Assembly (NCBI GenBank): GCA_965223005.1
Contig: CBDCVK010000010.1
Location: 1,504,001 to 1,568,000 of the forward strand
Direction: 5' to 3'
Source of the DNA: Terriglobia bacterium
Lineage (GTDB): Bacteria; Acidobacteriota; Terriglobia; JAJPHL01; JAPKYU01
DNA: 64,000 bases
Shown: positions 29,733 to 40,161 of the stretch, one piece after another
How positions within the stretch are numbered: position 1 is the first letter of the stretch
Layout of the letters: each line of letters opens with the position of its first letter
Position numbers and translations under genes: made by a program
Notes under the pieces: model-generated
Told to the model about the DNA's origin: nothing
The model's input: only the letters and a program-made list of their open reading frames with translations
Database searches by the model: none

Positions 29733-30126
29733 AGGCCGGCCCGGAGGGGGCAGCCCGGTCTCGGTTGGCAAAACTTAGTGGTTCCGGCTGTGGCTCTCAA
29801 GTGCAGAGGGTATTCAAAAAATTCGGCCCCGGAGTTGCAACCTCCGGGGCCATATCCTTTTCTACTTCCCCTCCCACCGAGAGGAAAGCCATCTTTCCCA
29901 CCCAATCGCAACTCCACCTCGCGGGGGCCACCAAGCAGGGCACGAGCTAATCTTGCCTTCTATCTGAGCAATCAGGATGCCAGCCCGGCTTTCAGCTAAG
30001 TACTTGAAAATAAACTATAAAGTGGAATTTTCCATTTGGCAAGAATACAAAAATCCGTAGAAGCCAGCCGGCCCTCCAAATTCCCGTATTAGTTGTAGTA
30101 GCGCTCGGGGCCCAAGCTTGTCTTTG

Positions 30127-30273
30127 TCACCGGTCTCGCTCAGTGGCCTGGCTCAGCCGGCGACGCACGTGGTCGGTCATGATGCCGTCTTTGGTCTCCT
30201 GATCGCTGGCAACAACGGGAACAGCACAAGGCATCAGAATCAGCAAGCAAACAAGGAGGCGTAGTATGATCAC
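30127..30273 (-). pseudogene. 48-aa exported ORF, probably a truncated BON-domain gene, coupled to era
   Basis: GTGA overlap with the era stop; MIILRLLVCLLILMPCAVPVVA-SDQETKDGIMTDHVRRRL, then an early stop. Confidence 0.45.
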
Positions 30274-31223
30274 AGCGTCAACGGCCCTTCGTCGGAATCG
30301 CTTTTCTCTTCCCCCACCATGCTGCGCCAGTCAATAGCCTGCAAGAACCGCGGGCTTTCGCGCCAGCCAGGACGCACCTTCACGAACAGCTCCAGGTAGA
30401 CCCTCAGGCCGAACAGTTTCTCAAGCTCCTCGCGGGCCCGGGTGCCGATCTTCTTCAGCTTTTCGCCGCGGGCCCCGATCATGATCCCCTTCTGGCCGCC
30501 ACGCTCGACGTAGACGGTGGCGTGAATGCGAAGCAGGCCGGGCTTCTCCTCGAAGCTGTCCACCAGCACCATCGTCGCGTAGGGCAATTCCTGGCGAGTC
30601 AGCAGGATGACCTTTTCCCGGACGATCTCGCCAGCCAGGAAGCGAGCGGGCTGATCGGTGAGGTGGTCCGAAGGGAAGTACTGGGGACCCTCCGGCAGGG
30701 TGACGATAATCCGTTCAACCAGCGTCTCCAGGCCGTCGCCGGTGAGCGCGGAAGTGAAAAGGAATTCAGCAAAATCATGCCGCTGGCGATACTGTTCCAT
30801 CAGCGGAAGCAGGATGCGCTTGTCGGAGAGCAGATCAATCTTGTTCAGTAGCAGGAAGCTGGGCTGGCCGGTCTTCTTCATCAGCTCCAGGGCGTACTGG
30901 TCGCCACGGCCGAAGGCGCGGGTGGCGTCCGCCAGTAGCAGCAGCAGATCACACCCCTGAAGCGCCTCGCGTACCTCGGCCATCATCCTCTGGTTGATCC
31001 GGCTGTCGGGTTTGTGGATGCCGGGGGTATCCAGGAAGATGATCTGCGCGCTAGGTCGGTTCACGACGCCCTGGATACGGTTGCGTGTGGTCTGCGGCTT
31101 GTCCGTGACGATGGCGATCTTGGAGCCGATCAGAGCGTTCAGCAGAGTGGACTTGCCAGCGTTGGGGCGGCCCAGGATCGAAATAAACCCGGAAGCAAAA
31201 CGGCCCTGCGGCACCGCCTTCAT
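30270..31223 (-). CDS. era: GTPase Era
   Basis: GRPNAGKS, PQTTR, DTPG, NKID, KH domain. Confidence 0.96.
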   Translation of the reverse strand: MKAVPQGRFASGFISILGRPNAGKSTLLNALIGSKIAIVTDKPQTTRNRIQGVVNRPSAQIIFLDTPGIHKPDSRINQRMMAEVREALQGCDLLLLLADATRAFGRGDQYALELMKKTGQPSFLLLNKIDLLSDKRILLPLMEQYRQRHDFAEFLFTSALTGDGLETLVERIIVTLPEGPQYFPSDHLTDQPARFLAGEIVREKVILLTRQELPYATMVLVDSFEEKPGLLRIHATVYVERGGQKGIMIGARGEKLKKIGTRAREELEKLFGLRVYLELFVKVRPGWRESPRFLQAIDWRSMVGEEKSDSDEGPLTL

Positions 31224-31228
31224 CGCCT

Positions 31229-32512
31229 TTATCCTGGGACCGACGACGGCTTCTCGGTGTCGGCAGGACGCATGGAAATGCGGAGGCGATCGACCTTGAG
31301 GCCATTGGCAGCCAGGACCTCAAAGCGCAGCCCGTTGTGATCGAAGACCTCGCCGGGCTGCGGCACATGGCCGGCCAGCGCATTGACCAGGCCGGCCACC
31401 GTGGCCACCTCAGCCGGCGTCTCGGGTCGCACGCCGAACAATTCCTCCAGCCGGTCGATATCTGCATGGCCAGCCACGAGGTAAGAATTGTTTCCTTCAG
31501 CCACCACTTCGCCCGGCGTTTCGGTCTCGTCGTGAATTTCGCCCACGATCTCCTCGACCAGATCTTCCATAGTGGCCACGCCGGCCACCGAGCCATATTC
31601 GTCAATCACCACGGCCATGTGGATGTTCTGTTGCTGCATCTCGCGGAACAGCTCGGCCACCGGCTTGGTTTCCGGCGCGAATAGGACCGGTCGGAGCCGC
31701 TTGCCGGCTCGGATGCGCTTCAGCTCCTGGTCCTCCAGTTGGATGATCTCCCGGGTGTAGACGAAGCCTTCGATGTTGTCTAGGTCGCCGGAGTACACCG
31801 GGACGCGGGAGTAGTGCTTGGTCTCGATCGTCCGCAGCAAATCCTCCAGCGTGACGTTTTTTTCCACGGCTACAATGTTCGGACGCGCGGTCATAGCCTC
31901 GCGCACGGTCTTGTCGCCGAACTCCATCACCGATTGGATCAGCCGCCGGTCTCCCTCCTCGATCAGCCCCGTTTCCTCGCCGCGCTCGATCAGCGCTTCA
32001 ATGTTTTTCTCGCTGCTCTTGGAATTCTCCTGCTCTGCCCCCGGCTCGCCCAGCGCGGCCATGGAGAAAGAAAAGGAAAGCACGGCCACCACCGGAGTGG
32101 CCAGCAGAGCCGAAAGCCGCAGCAGGCGGCTGAAGTGCGCCAGCCACTCTCCATTAGTGCGCGTGATCAGCACGTGCGGGACCAGATGAGCGAACACCAC
32201 CACGGTCACTACCAGAAGGATGACCGTCTGCAACGCAGTTGCCCAGTTAAGGGTAGCTCGAGCAAAAGCCAGATAGCCGCCCAGCACGGCTAGCGCCAGG
32301 ATCATCATCTGGGCCAGCAGAGCGAACGTCAGGCCGGCGCGGACGCGGTCCAACTTCAGCGAGGGTTCGACCTGGCGCTCAAACATCTCGATGTTGTCCT
32401 CGACGCCGACCAGGAAGAACTTGCCCATTTCTGTGTAGAGGCGGTCCACGTAGGCGAACAGGGTGAGCAGCGCGACGCTCAGCACAATCAGGATGGCGGC
32501 CAGCAGAATCAT
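31229..32512 (-). CDS. HlyC/CorC (CNNM-CBS-CorC) transporter
   Basis: TM domain, CBS pair (YSRVPV, VIDEYG, EDLVEEIVGEI), CorC domain. Confidence 0.9.
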   Translation of the reverse strand: MILLAAILIVLSVALLTLFAYVDRLYTEMGKFFLVGVEDNIEMFERQVEPSLKLDRVRAGLTFALLAQMMILALAVLGGYLAFARATLNWATALQTVILLVVTVVVFAHLVPHVLITRTNGEWLAHFSRLLRLSALLATPVVAVLSFSFSMAALGEPGAEQENSKSSEKNIEALIERGEETGLIEEGDRRLIQSVMEFGDKTVREAMTARPNIVAVEKNVTLEDLLRTIETKHYSRVPVYSGDLDNIEGFVYTREIIQLEDQELKRIRAGKRLRPVLFAPETKPVAELFREMQQQNIHMAVVIDEYGSVAGVATMEDLVEEIVGEIHDETETPGEVVAEGNNSYLVAGHADIDRLEELFGVRPETPAEVATVAGLVNALAGHVPQPGEVFDHNGLRFEVLAANGLKVDRLRISMRPADTEKPSSVPG

Positions 32513-32988
32513 TGGTGGACCCGTTCCATCAAACCCTGAGGCAAGGCGAGCCGCTTGCGCCAGCGCCGCTCGGCGCGCGCCATCCGCGCGGCATCCCGAG
32601 GTGCCTCGTGGTCAAAGCCCAGCAGATGAAGCAGGCCATGCAGCACCAGAATTCGGATTTCGGTCTCCACGGAATGGCCCAGGCGTCGCGCCTGCTGCCG
32701 GGCGGTTTCAACCGAAACCAGCAAGTCGCCGGCCCGCCCGTCGGCTCCATCCGGAAACGACAGCACGTCGGTCGGTTGGTTCAGGCCTCGGAAGCGCTTC
32801 TGGTACCGCCGCATGACCGCATCCGAAAGCAGACACACGCTGACGGGACTCCCGGCAGCTACCTCCCGCTGCAACCGCCGCAGGAAATCCTGCAGTGGGG
32901 GAATGGAAAGCTTCACGCGGCGTTGCCGGTTCAGCAGCGTGGGTCCGTTGTCACTGTCGGAGGGAGTTTCTGGCGCTGGGGCTGTCAT
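32509..32988 (-). CDS. ybeY: rRNA maturation RNase YbeY
   Basis: PTDVLSF, HGLLHLLGFDH. Confidence 0.93.
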   Translation of the reverse strand: MTAPAPETPSDSDNGPTLLNRQRRVKLSIPPLQDFLRRLQREVAAGSPVSVCLLSDAVMRRYQKRFRGLNQPTDVLSFPDGADGRAGDLLVSVETARQQARRLGHSVETEIRILVLHGLLHLLGFDHEAPRDAARMARAERRWRKRLALPQGLMERVHQ

Positions 32989-33012
32989 GCTGTTGGCAGT
33001 GGGCTGGTGGCT
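32989..33012 (+). repeat. Degenerate heptamer array GCTGTTG GCAGTGG GCTGGTG filling the phoH-ybeY gap
   Basis: Seen directly. Confidence 0.5.
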
Positions 33013-34063
33013 ACTCCGAAGTGGACTCGTTGGACACGACTCCCGGGGGTCGATCTCCGTTCGGCCCTTCTGCCGGCGTTCCATCCCGGACCGTGCCGCC
33101 ACCATTGACACCGGCGGCGGTTTGCGTCGCGTAGCTCTCGTACGCCTTGATGATCTGCTGCACCAGCGTGTGGCGCACGACATCCCTTTCGTTGAAGTAG
33201 ACGAAGGCGATCCCCCTGATTCCCGACACCACGTCAATGGCTTCCAGCAGGCCGCTCCGCTTGCCGGGCGGCAGGTCAATTTGTGTGATATCACCCGTGA
33301 TCACCGCCTTGGAATCAAACCCGAGGCGGGTGAGGAACATCTTCATCTGCTCGCTGGTGGTGTTCTGCGCCTCGTCCAGGATCACAAAACTGTGGTTCAG
33401 CGTTCGCCCGCGCATGAAGGCCAGCGGCGCAATCTCGATCGTGCCCCGGTCCAGGTAGCGGTCCACCTTTTCGGTGTCCATCATGTCATAGAGGGCGTCA
33501 TAGAGAGGCCGCAGATAGGGATCCACTTTCTCCTGCACGGTGCCCGGCAGAAAGCCCAGCCGCTCGCCCGCCTCAACCGCCGGGCGGGCCAGGATGATGC
33601 GGTTCACCTTCTTGCTCATCAGCGCGCTGATGGCCATGGCCACCGCCAGATAGGTCTTGCCCGTGCCTCCCGGCCCGATACCAAAGACCATGTCAGTGTC
33701 CTCGATGGCCTCCATGTAGCGCTGCTGGTTCAGGCTCTTGGGTTGAATCGGTTTCTTGCCAAAGTGGCGCTGCCGCCCGCTGTGCACCAAGCCGAGGAGC
33801 GTACTGGAGGGGTCTTCCAGCAACACCCGCAGGTAGTCATACAAGGCTCCATTGTTGAACAGGTGCCCTTCCCGCAACAATCGGTTGTAATCTTGCACAA
33901 TTTGGGTGGCGCGCTCCACGTTGGCCGCTTCGCCTTCGACTTCCAGACAGTCGTCCCGGAGGGCGGTACTGACTTGCAATGCGGTTTCCAACAGGCGGAT
34001 GTTCTCGTCGCGGGTACCGAACAACCATTCGATTCCGCGATCGATTTTGACGCTGGCCTTCAT
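33011..34063 (-). CDS. phoH: PhoH family ATPase
   Basis: [34 protein letters not shown]. Confidence 0.93.
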   Translation of the reverse strand: MKASVKIDRGIEWLFGTRDENIRLLETALQVSTALRDDCLEVEGEAANVERATQIVQDYNRLLREGHLFNNGALYDYLRVLLEDPSSTLLGLVHSGRQRHFGKKPIQPKSLNQQRYMEAIEDTDMVFGIGPGGTGKTYLAVAMAISALMSKKVNRIILARPAVEAGERLGFLPGTVQEKVDPYLRPLYDALYDMMDTEKVDRYLDRGTIEIAPLAFMRGRTLNHSFVILDEAQNTTSEQMKMFLTRLGFDSKAVITGDITQIDLPPGKRSGLLEAIDVVSGIRGIAFVYFNERDVVRHTLVQQIIKAYESYATQTAAGVNGGGTVRDGTPAEGPNGDRPPGVVSNESTSE

Positions 34064-34397
34064 CTAGTCCGACTTCTCTACCTCCCTAAGACAGAAATGC
34101 CCCTTTCGGGGCTAAAGCAGAACCGGTTCTAGCTCACCTCCATAAGAAGGTCATTCACAGGATAGCAAAGCATATGGACTTAGTCAATTGGCACTAACTA
34201 CTTGTATTTAAATTGGTTATCACTAGGCAGATGACCTCTGCTCTGGAAGGCCTTCTGGCGAGCGGGTCGGCCACTGAGCAAAGCACTTCTAAGATGAACA
34301 CCAGCCGTCGGAGATATCAGAGCTCTTCGCTTGGTCATCTCGCTTGGTCGTCCGGCCGATCTCTGTCTCGCCAAGCATAGGCTCGCGGTGGGCCCCC

Positions 34398-35906
34398 TCA
34401 GGGAGCCGAGGCGGGCACCCTGGTGTTCGCGCGGGCGGCACGGCCCCGCGCCCAGTGTCGCAAAGCGTCCACCTCCTCTCGCCGAGTCACAGAGAGCGGC
34501 ATGGTATTGCCCAGTTCGCCAAGCACGATCTCGGTGCTCAATTCTTGCCTGTCCGCGTAAGCGCTGAAGAGGGCGCCTTTCACCGCTTGCTCGATTTCGG
34601 CGCCGCTGAACCCCTCCGAGGCACCCGCCAGTGCCTCCAGATCAAAAGCGGCCGGGTTGCGACCCTTACGCTTCAGGTGCACTCGAAAGATCTGTTGGCG
34701 CTCTTTCGGGCCGGGCAGATCCACGAAGAAGATTTCATCGAATCGCCCTTTGCGGACCAGTTCCGGGGGCAGCGCAGTGATGTCATTCGAGGTGGCAACC
34801 ACAAAGACCGGCGCCTTGCGTTCCTGCAGCCAGGAAAGGAACGATCCCAGAATTCGGTTGGAAACCCCGCCGTCGGTGGCAGCCGCTCCAGACGAGGCGG
34901 CAAAGCCTTTTTCAATCTCGTCGATCCACAAGACGGCCGGGGCCAACTCGCCCGAGATGTCCAGGGCCTGTCGTAGGCGTCTCTCCGATTCCCCAACGTA
35001 CTTGTTATACAGGCTGCCCGCGTCCAGTTTCAGAAGCGGTAGCCGCCATTCCCGCGCCACCGCCTTGGCGCACAGGCTCTTACCGCAGCCCTGGACGCCG
35101 GTGATCAGGATACCGCGTGGCGGGTCCAGGCCAAATTCGGCCGCCTCGCGCGAATACGCCCCATGCCTTTTCTTCAACCAGCTCTTCAAGTTGGCCAACC
35201 CGCCCATGCTCTGGAAGTCATCGCTGGGCTCCACGAATTCCAGCACGCCCTGGTGGGAGATGATCTCCTTCTTCTTGGCCAGAACCGCGTCCAGGCAGCG
35301 CTCATCCAACCCGCCGTGTTCCAGCATGGCCTTGGTCAGGACCCGCTCGGCTTCGTTGAGAGTCAGCCCGCGCAGGCCGGCCGCCAGCCGCTCCAGGCCC
35401 GCTTTATCCAGATCCCTGCGGAGAGTGTAGGACGCCTTCAGACGGCGAAAGGTGAGCTCGGTGAGCCGCTTCAGCTGTGCACTGTCAGGCACATCCAGGC
35501 GGAAGATAACCACATCTTTCTGTAACTCCACTGGCACCTGTAGCACCGGCGCCGAAATCAGTACCGACCGCCGGGTCCGACGGAACTGGTCGCATAGGTC
35601 ACGCAACTTGCGCAGGACCACGTCCTGCTCCAGGTAGGGGTGAAAATCTTTCAGAAGGTAGAGGGCGTCCACCGACACGTTCCCGATGTGATTCAAAGCG
35701 GCCATGGGTTCGCAGGTGCGGAAGATGGCGTTGGGCAGCCCGGCCCGCTGCAAACCAGTGGTCACCGTCCAGAAGAAGAGAGGAATCTGGAGGTCTACCG
35801 CCCGCGCCTCCAGCATCGCTTCCACACGCTCTTCTTCCCAGGTCTCGATGTAGATCAGGGGAGTTTCCGAGTTGATCAGCAGCGTGAGTTCTCTGGCCTT
35901 GTTCAT
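34398..35906 (-). CDS. Ycf46-like AAA+ ATPase
   Basis: GVQGCGKS, WIDEIEK, RKGRFDEIFF. Confidence 0.88.
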   Translation of the reverse strand: MNKARELTLLINSETPLIYIETWEEERVEAMLEARAVDLQIPLFFWTVTTGLQRAGLPNAIFRTCEPMAALNHIGNVSVDALYLLKDFHPYLEQDVVLRKLRDLCDQFRRTRRSVLISAPVLQVPVELQKDVVIFRLDVPDSAQLKRLTELTFRRLKASYTLRRDLDKAGLERLAAGLRGLTLNEAERVLTKAMLEHGGLDERCLDAVLAKKKEIISHQGVLEFVEPSDDFQSMGGLANLKSWLKKRHGAYSREAAEFGLDPPRGILITGVQGCGKSLCAKAVAREWRLPLLKLDAGSLYNKYVGESERRLRQALDISGELAPAVLWIDEIEKGFAASSGAAATDGGVSNRILGSFLSWLQERKAPVFVVATSNDITALPPELVRKGRFDEIFFVDLPGPKERQQIFRVHLKRKGRNPAAFDLEALAGASEGFSGAEIEQAVKGALFSAYADRQELSTEIVLGELGNTMPLSVTRREEVDALRHWARGRAARANTRVPASAP

Positions 35907-36049
35907 CCGGTGAAAGACCATTTTATATCGGGCGGGGGAACACTCCAAAGACCCAAAAGGACGAAACCGCTTTGACGGTTGTGACTGCCAAATTGGATGG
36001 GCATAAAATCGATGTTTATGCTAATCTTCATGGAGTAAACAGGAGAATC

Positions 36050-36331
36050 ATGGCCAATCATTTCTCGGCGGTAAAAAGAATGCGCCAGAGCCGGAAGCGA
36101 ACCGAAGCCAACAAGGCCCGTCGCAGCCGCCTTCGTCATGAGCTGCGGGAACTGCGCCGGGCGATTCGCGCCGGAGACCTCCAGAAGGCCCAAACTCTGT
36201 TAGGTCCTGCCGCTTCGGTCATCGACAAGTCCCTGAAGAAAGGGATCATCAAGGAGAGGACGGCCAGCCGCTTTAAATCGCGGCTGATGGCCCGCCTTGC
36301 CGCCCTGAAGAAGAGCGCCGCAGCCGCCTAA
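36050..36331 (+). CDS. rpsT: 30S ribosomal protein S20
   Basis: MANHFSAVKRMRQ...KGII...ASRFKSRL; RBS AGGAG. Confidence 0.95.
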   Translation: MANHFSAVKRMRQSRKRTEANKARRSRLRHELRELRRAIRAGDLQKAQTLLGPAASVIDKSLKKGIIKERTASRFKSRLMARLAALKKSAAAA

Positions 36332-36334
36332 AGC

Positions 36335-36388
36335 CCCACAGTTCCAAGCGGACCCAGAGTTTCAAGCAGACCCACAGTTCCAAGCAGG
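36335..36388 (+). repeat. 18-bp tandem repeat x3 after rpsT
   Basis: cccacagttccaagcgga / cccagagtttcaagcaga / cccacagttccaagcagg. Confidence 0.8.
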
Positions 36389-36430
36389 GAGGAAGCGCTG
36401 GAGGCTCAAGTAAGGGCGCAACAGGCGGCG

Positions 36431-37405
36431 CTACCAATCAAGATTGGCGTCCCAGAGGGGAGCCGGGGGCTTCCTGATCAGGACCCTGTGCAGGAGTTGC
36501 GCAGCTAACTCGAACCCCTCCTCCGGATCAATCAGCGGATCCTCGTGCTCGATGGACAGCACGTCATCATAGCCCACCTGGCGCAGGGTGCTGACGAAGG
36601 CGCGCCAGAACTCTTCCGGGTGTCCATAGCCGACGGTGCGGAAAATCCAACTGCGGTTCTTTGTGTCCTGAAACGTCTTGGCATCGAGGATCCCGTTGAC
36701 GCGCACGTTATGCGGGTCCGGTAGGCTGTCTTTCGCGTGGGCATGGTAGATGACCTCGCCCAGGGTCCGGATCACCTCCAGGATGTCCATGCCCTGCCAG
36801 AACAGGTGGGACGGGTCCAGGTTGCACCCGATGACCGGACCCACCGCATCTCGCAAGCGTAGCAACGCTTCGGGCTTGAACACCATGTCACCCGGGTGCA
36901 TTTCAAAGCACAGCTGGATCCCGTGGTCCGCGGCAATTTTGCCATGCTCCCTCCAATACGGGATCAGCCGCTTCTCCCACTGCCACTCATGCATCTCCAT
37001 CAGCCGCGGCGGAAAGGGAAAGAGAATCCAGTTGGGGACCTTGTCCCCGGGGGCCGCCTCCGGCAGGCCGGACAGCAACGTCAGCCGGGTGACTCTGATT
37101 TTCTCAGCCAGCGCGCAGGTCGCGCGAAAGTCGCGGTCGTAGACTTCCGAAATCTTAGGGTCAGGATGAAGCGGCTCGCCGTGCATCGCAAAGGCACTGA
37201 TCTTCAGCTCGGCGTCGGCCAGAACGGCCTGAAACTCCTCCAGCCCGCGCGAATCGGCCAGCAACTGTGCCGGGTTGCAATGATTTTTCGGGAAGAAACC
37301 CCCGGTGCCGATTTCTATTGCTTGCAATCCCAGCGCGTGCATCTTCTTGGCGGCTTCCGGTAGCGGCTGGTTTACAAAGACGGTGGTAATGGCTCCTAGA
37401 TGCAT
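36431..37405 (-). CDS. Sugar phosphate isomerase/epimerase (xylose-isomerase-like TIM barrel)
   Basis: EMHPG, NLDPSHLFWQ, HAKD, SIEHED. Confidence 0.88.
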   Translation of the reverse strand: MHLGAITTVFVNQPLPEAAKKMHALGLQAIEIGTGGFFPKNHCNPAQLLADSRGLEEFQAVLADAELKISAFAMHGEPLHPDPKISEVYDRDFRATCALAEKIRVTRLTLLSGLPEAAPGDKVPNWILFPFPPRLMEMHEWQWEKRLIPYWREHGKIAADHGIQLCFEMHPGDMVFKPEALLRLRDAVGPVIGCNLDPSHLFWQGMDILEVIRTLGEVIYHAHAKDSLPDPHNVRVNGILDAKTFQDTKNRSWIFRTVGYGHPEEFWRAFVSTLRQVGYDDVLSIEHEDPLIDPEEGFELAAQLLHRVLIRKPPAPLWDANLDW

Positions 37406-37493
37406 GGCAGTCTCTCCTCTGACCAAACGGCAAACAGAGTTTCCTTTGGTCCTAGCAGCCTGCGGAGGACCCCTTTGTGCGACACCTGCAGGC

Positions 37494-38567
37494 TTACCGT
37501 TTTTGGGCCAGATCCATGACCAGGCGTTCCAGAACGACTCGCTCATCAGGTGGCGAGAAGCGCAGGGCTACATCCGCTTCAAACAGCCTTTCCAACGCCC
37601 CGGTCAATTCTGCCACCGTAAACTTGCGTGCTTGCTCGCGCACTTTGGGATGGACCCACTCCCGGGCTCCCTCCTTGCACTTCAGCAACTTCCGCACGTG
37701 ACCGGCGATCAAGGCAGCCACCAGCAGCGGCGAGGTGTTCCGGCGCAGCATCACCTGCACCAGGCGCAACGCGCCGGCGATATCGCGTTCTCCGATTGCG
37801 TCGGAAATTTCCCACAGCGTAAAACTGCTTTCGGCCGGCACCACAGCCTGCACCTGCGCGGAAGAAATCCGGCCGCTACCGGCGGCGTACAGCATGAGTT
37901 TTTCCAGCTCTAGAACCGCCCGGGCCAGGTCACCGGTGCATGCTTCGGCCAGTTCTCGGGCGGCATCCTGCTGTAAGACAAAGCTGTTGCGCCGAGCTTC
38001 CTCGATCAGGTAGCGGGCGGCTTGCCCAGTGGAAGACCTCTCCAGCCGCAGCGATGGTACCGGGAGCAGCTTCTCGAGCCGCTCGGCCTTGCGCGCAGCG
38101 TCCCGGTCGCTTAGGTCCAGCGAAGTTGCCTCGAACACCACCATGCTGCCCGGCAGGGGTCGCGCGAAATAGTCGGCAACCGCAGCCGCAGAATGCCGGG
38201 CTGCCGTCGCGGGCTCATCGGATGTTTCCTCCTCACTCTCCTCAAGCAGGCCGGCAGCTGGCGCCTCCGGGCGCAGGGGTCTCCGCTGCTGCTTCCGCTT
38301 GGCGAGCAGAGCTTCTGCATTGCCCAACCATAACAGGCGGCGGTTGGCAAATAGGCCTGGCGAGGCGGCGTCCTCAAGAGCATTGCTCACCGGCACTTGG
38401 GCCAGATCGTGTTCCGCCAGCTCCCCACCCGGGTCCTCGAGAAAAAACTTCCTCAGGGCTTCGCGAACCCGGTCGCGAAAGAACAGCTCGTTACCGACCA
38501 GCAGATAGCCGGGGGCAAACTTGCCTCCGGCCGCCCCCTTCAGGAACTCGGCCAGGGACAGGCTCAT
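37494..38567 (-). CDS. holA: DNA polymerase III delta subunit
   Basis: YLLVGNE, ELEKLMLY; follows lptE. Confidence 0.85.
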   Translation of the reverse strand: MSLSLAEFLKGAAGGKFAPGYLLVGNELFFRDRVREALRKFFLEDPGGELAEHDLAQVPVSNALEDAASPGLFANRRLLWLGNAEALLAKRKQQRRPLRPEAPAAGLLEESEEETSDEPATAARHSAAAVADYFARPLPGSMVVFEATSLDLSDRDAARKAERLEKLLPVPSLRLERSSTGQAARYLIEEARRNSFVLQQDAARELAEACTGDLARAVLELEKLMLYAAGSGRISSAQVQAVVPAESSFTLWEISDAIGERDIAGALRLVQVMLRRNTSPLLVAALIAGHVRKLLKCKEGAREWVHPKVREQARKFTVAELTGALERLFEADVALRFSPPDERVVLERLVMDLAQKR

Positions 38568-39124
38568 CAGAATGCCTCAAGAAGGGAAGACACTAGACTG
38601 GCGGCGAAGGAGCGACCGAGCCGTTCCACGGCCGGGCCGCTTTCTTCAAAGTAGGTGGCCGCGTCGCCGCTGACCTCGTGGGTTTCTGTGAAACGGAAGT
38701 CGGGATCCTGGAATAGCAGTTTGCCGGTGTGCTGGTCGGTTAGCTTCACTCGCATGCGCACGGCCATGCTCACCGCTGTGGTGCGCCTTCCGGAGGAATC
38801 CACCAATATTGGCGTGGTCCAGAACTGGATCACGGTGCCCGTCAGGACCGCGTCGCTGCCGGCCGGTTCCGGCTGGATGCGAAATCGGGTACGGGCCAGT
38901 AATTCGCGCACCACCGCCTGGGTGAGCACTTGCTCGACCTTGTAGCGCGAGGTCTCGTTGCGGAAGGAAGGGACGGCAATGGTTTTGACCTCAGCGGGGA
39001 TTTGCATCCCCTTGCCGGCCACGTGGTAGCCGCAACCGTTGCCCACAAGACCCACTATCAGGACCACCGCGACCAGAGTTGCGCTGCTTGTCCTCAATTC
39101 CGCACCCGGCACTCCCTGCTTCAT
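38567..39124 (-). CDS. lptE: LPS assembly lipoprotein LptE
   Basis: Lipobox GCGYH, IAVPSFRNET. Confidence 0.85.
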   Translation of the reverse strand: MKQGVPGAELRTSSATLVAVVLIVGLVGNGCGYHVAGKGMQIPAEVKTIAVPSFRNETSRYKVEQVLTQAVVRELLARTRFRIQPEPAGSDAVLTGTVIQFWTTPILVDSSGRRTTAVSMAVRMRVKLTDQHTGKLLFQDPDFRFTETHEVSGDAATYFEESGPAVERLGRSFAASLVSSLLEAF

Positions 39125-40161
39125 TCGACTCGCAGCCTGGGGATTCGCACCCTGGCCAGCTCCTCGGCAATACAGACTGCGTTCAGCGCCGACAGGCGCA
39201 GATTGTCGGCGGCGGCCCACAGCCAGTAGCCGCACGAGCCCGAACGATCCCTGCGGATATCGCCGACCAGGATGTCGTCGGAGGTAGCAGCTCCCACAGC
39301 AGACGGCGCCTCTTCGCTGCTCCGGCGCAGGTCGAACCCGTCTCCCGCCAGGGCCTCCTCGAGGTCAGCGGCATCGCGGGGCTGCTCCAGCTCCAGGTAG
39401 AAAGAAAACGTGTAGCCGTGGAAGGTAGGCGATTGCACCAGCCGCACCGCAGGCCGCAACGCGCGGCCGCCCAGCAAGCGCTCGACGTGGCATCCAACCC
39501 GCTGTTCCACCTCGGCCAGCGAAGGTTGGCTGTCCTCCCCGCAGGCGGCCAGCAGGTTAAAAGCCACCTGGCTGCCAAACACCTGCTGCGGCACCTTTTG
39601 GAAACGGAGCAGGCTCACGGTCTGCTGGTGGAGTTCCGCCACTCCGGCCGCGCCGCGCTCACTGGCCGGCTCAAAGACGTTCACAACAGCGCGAGTCAGC
39701 GAAAAGCTGGCGGCCAGCCGTCGCAGGACGGAACTGATAGCCAGGGCTGCCGGGTGCGCAGCTGCGAACATCTTCCCTTCCCCCAGCGGAAGGTGCTCAG
39801 TAGCCAGCGGGCCGGCTACTGGCACCTCTGGCATCGCCTCCTCCAGCACCCCGCTCAGGTCAATCAACCGGCTACCTTTGTCTTCGGCCAATTTCCAGCA
39901 GTGCCGCATGAAAGGAGCCGAACCTGTGAAAAAGGCAAAATCCACCTGCTCAAAGCTCCTCGCATCTACGGAACGGATAAAGGTTGGCTCGCCCTGAAAC
40001 TCGGCCAGTTGTCCTTGCCGTTCCTCTTCATCCAGCAAGGTCAGGCGGCGGATGGGGAAAGAGCGTCTCTCCAGAACTTCTTTGACTTCCTTGCCCTTGA
40101 GCGAGGACGCTCCCACCAAGGCGATATGAAACCCGGCGTGAGGCATGTGGCCCTCAGGCAC
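39121..40161 (-). CDS. Aspartate-semialdehyde dehydrogenase-like protein (Usg-type, catalytic Cys apparently absent)
   Basis: VGASSLKG, IDLS, AFNL, ADNLR; AAAHPAA in place of the ANPNC motif. Confidence 0.8.
   Translation of the reverse strand: MPEGHMPHAGFHIALVGASSLKGKEVKEVLERRSFPIRRLTLLDEEERQGQLAEFQGEPTFIRSVDARSFEQVDFAFFTGSAPFMRHCWKLAEDKGSRLIDLSGVLEEAMPEVPVAGPLATEHLPLGEGKMFAAAHPAALAISSVLRRLAASFSLTRAVVNVFEPASERGAAGVAELHQQTVSLLRFQKVPQQVFGSQVAFNLLAACGEDSQPSLAEVEQRVGCHVERLLGGRALRPAVRLVQSPTFHGYTFSFYLELEQPRDAADLEEALAGDGFDLRRSSEEAPSAVGAATSDDILVGDIRRDRSGSCGYWLWAAADNLRLSALNAVCIAEELARVRIPRLRVE

Noticed and set aside
36335-36388. Mini CRISPR array (also considered for 18432, 23185 and 41010)
   Set aside because: Units are contiguous with no unique spacers, are too short, and no cas genes are present.
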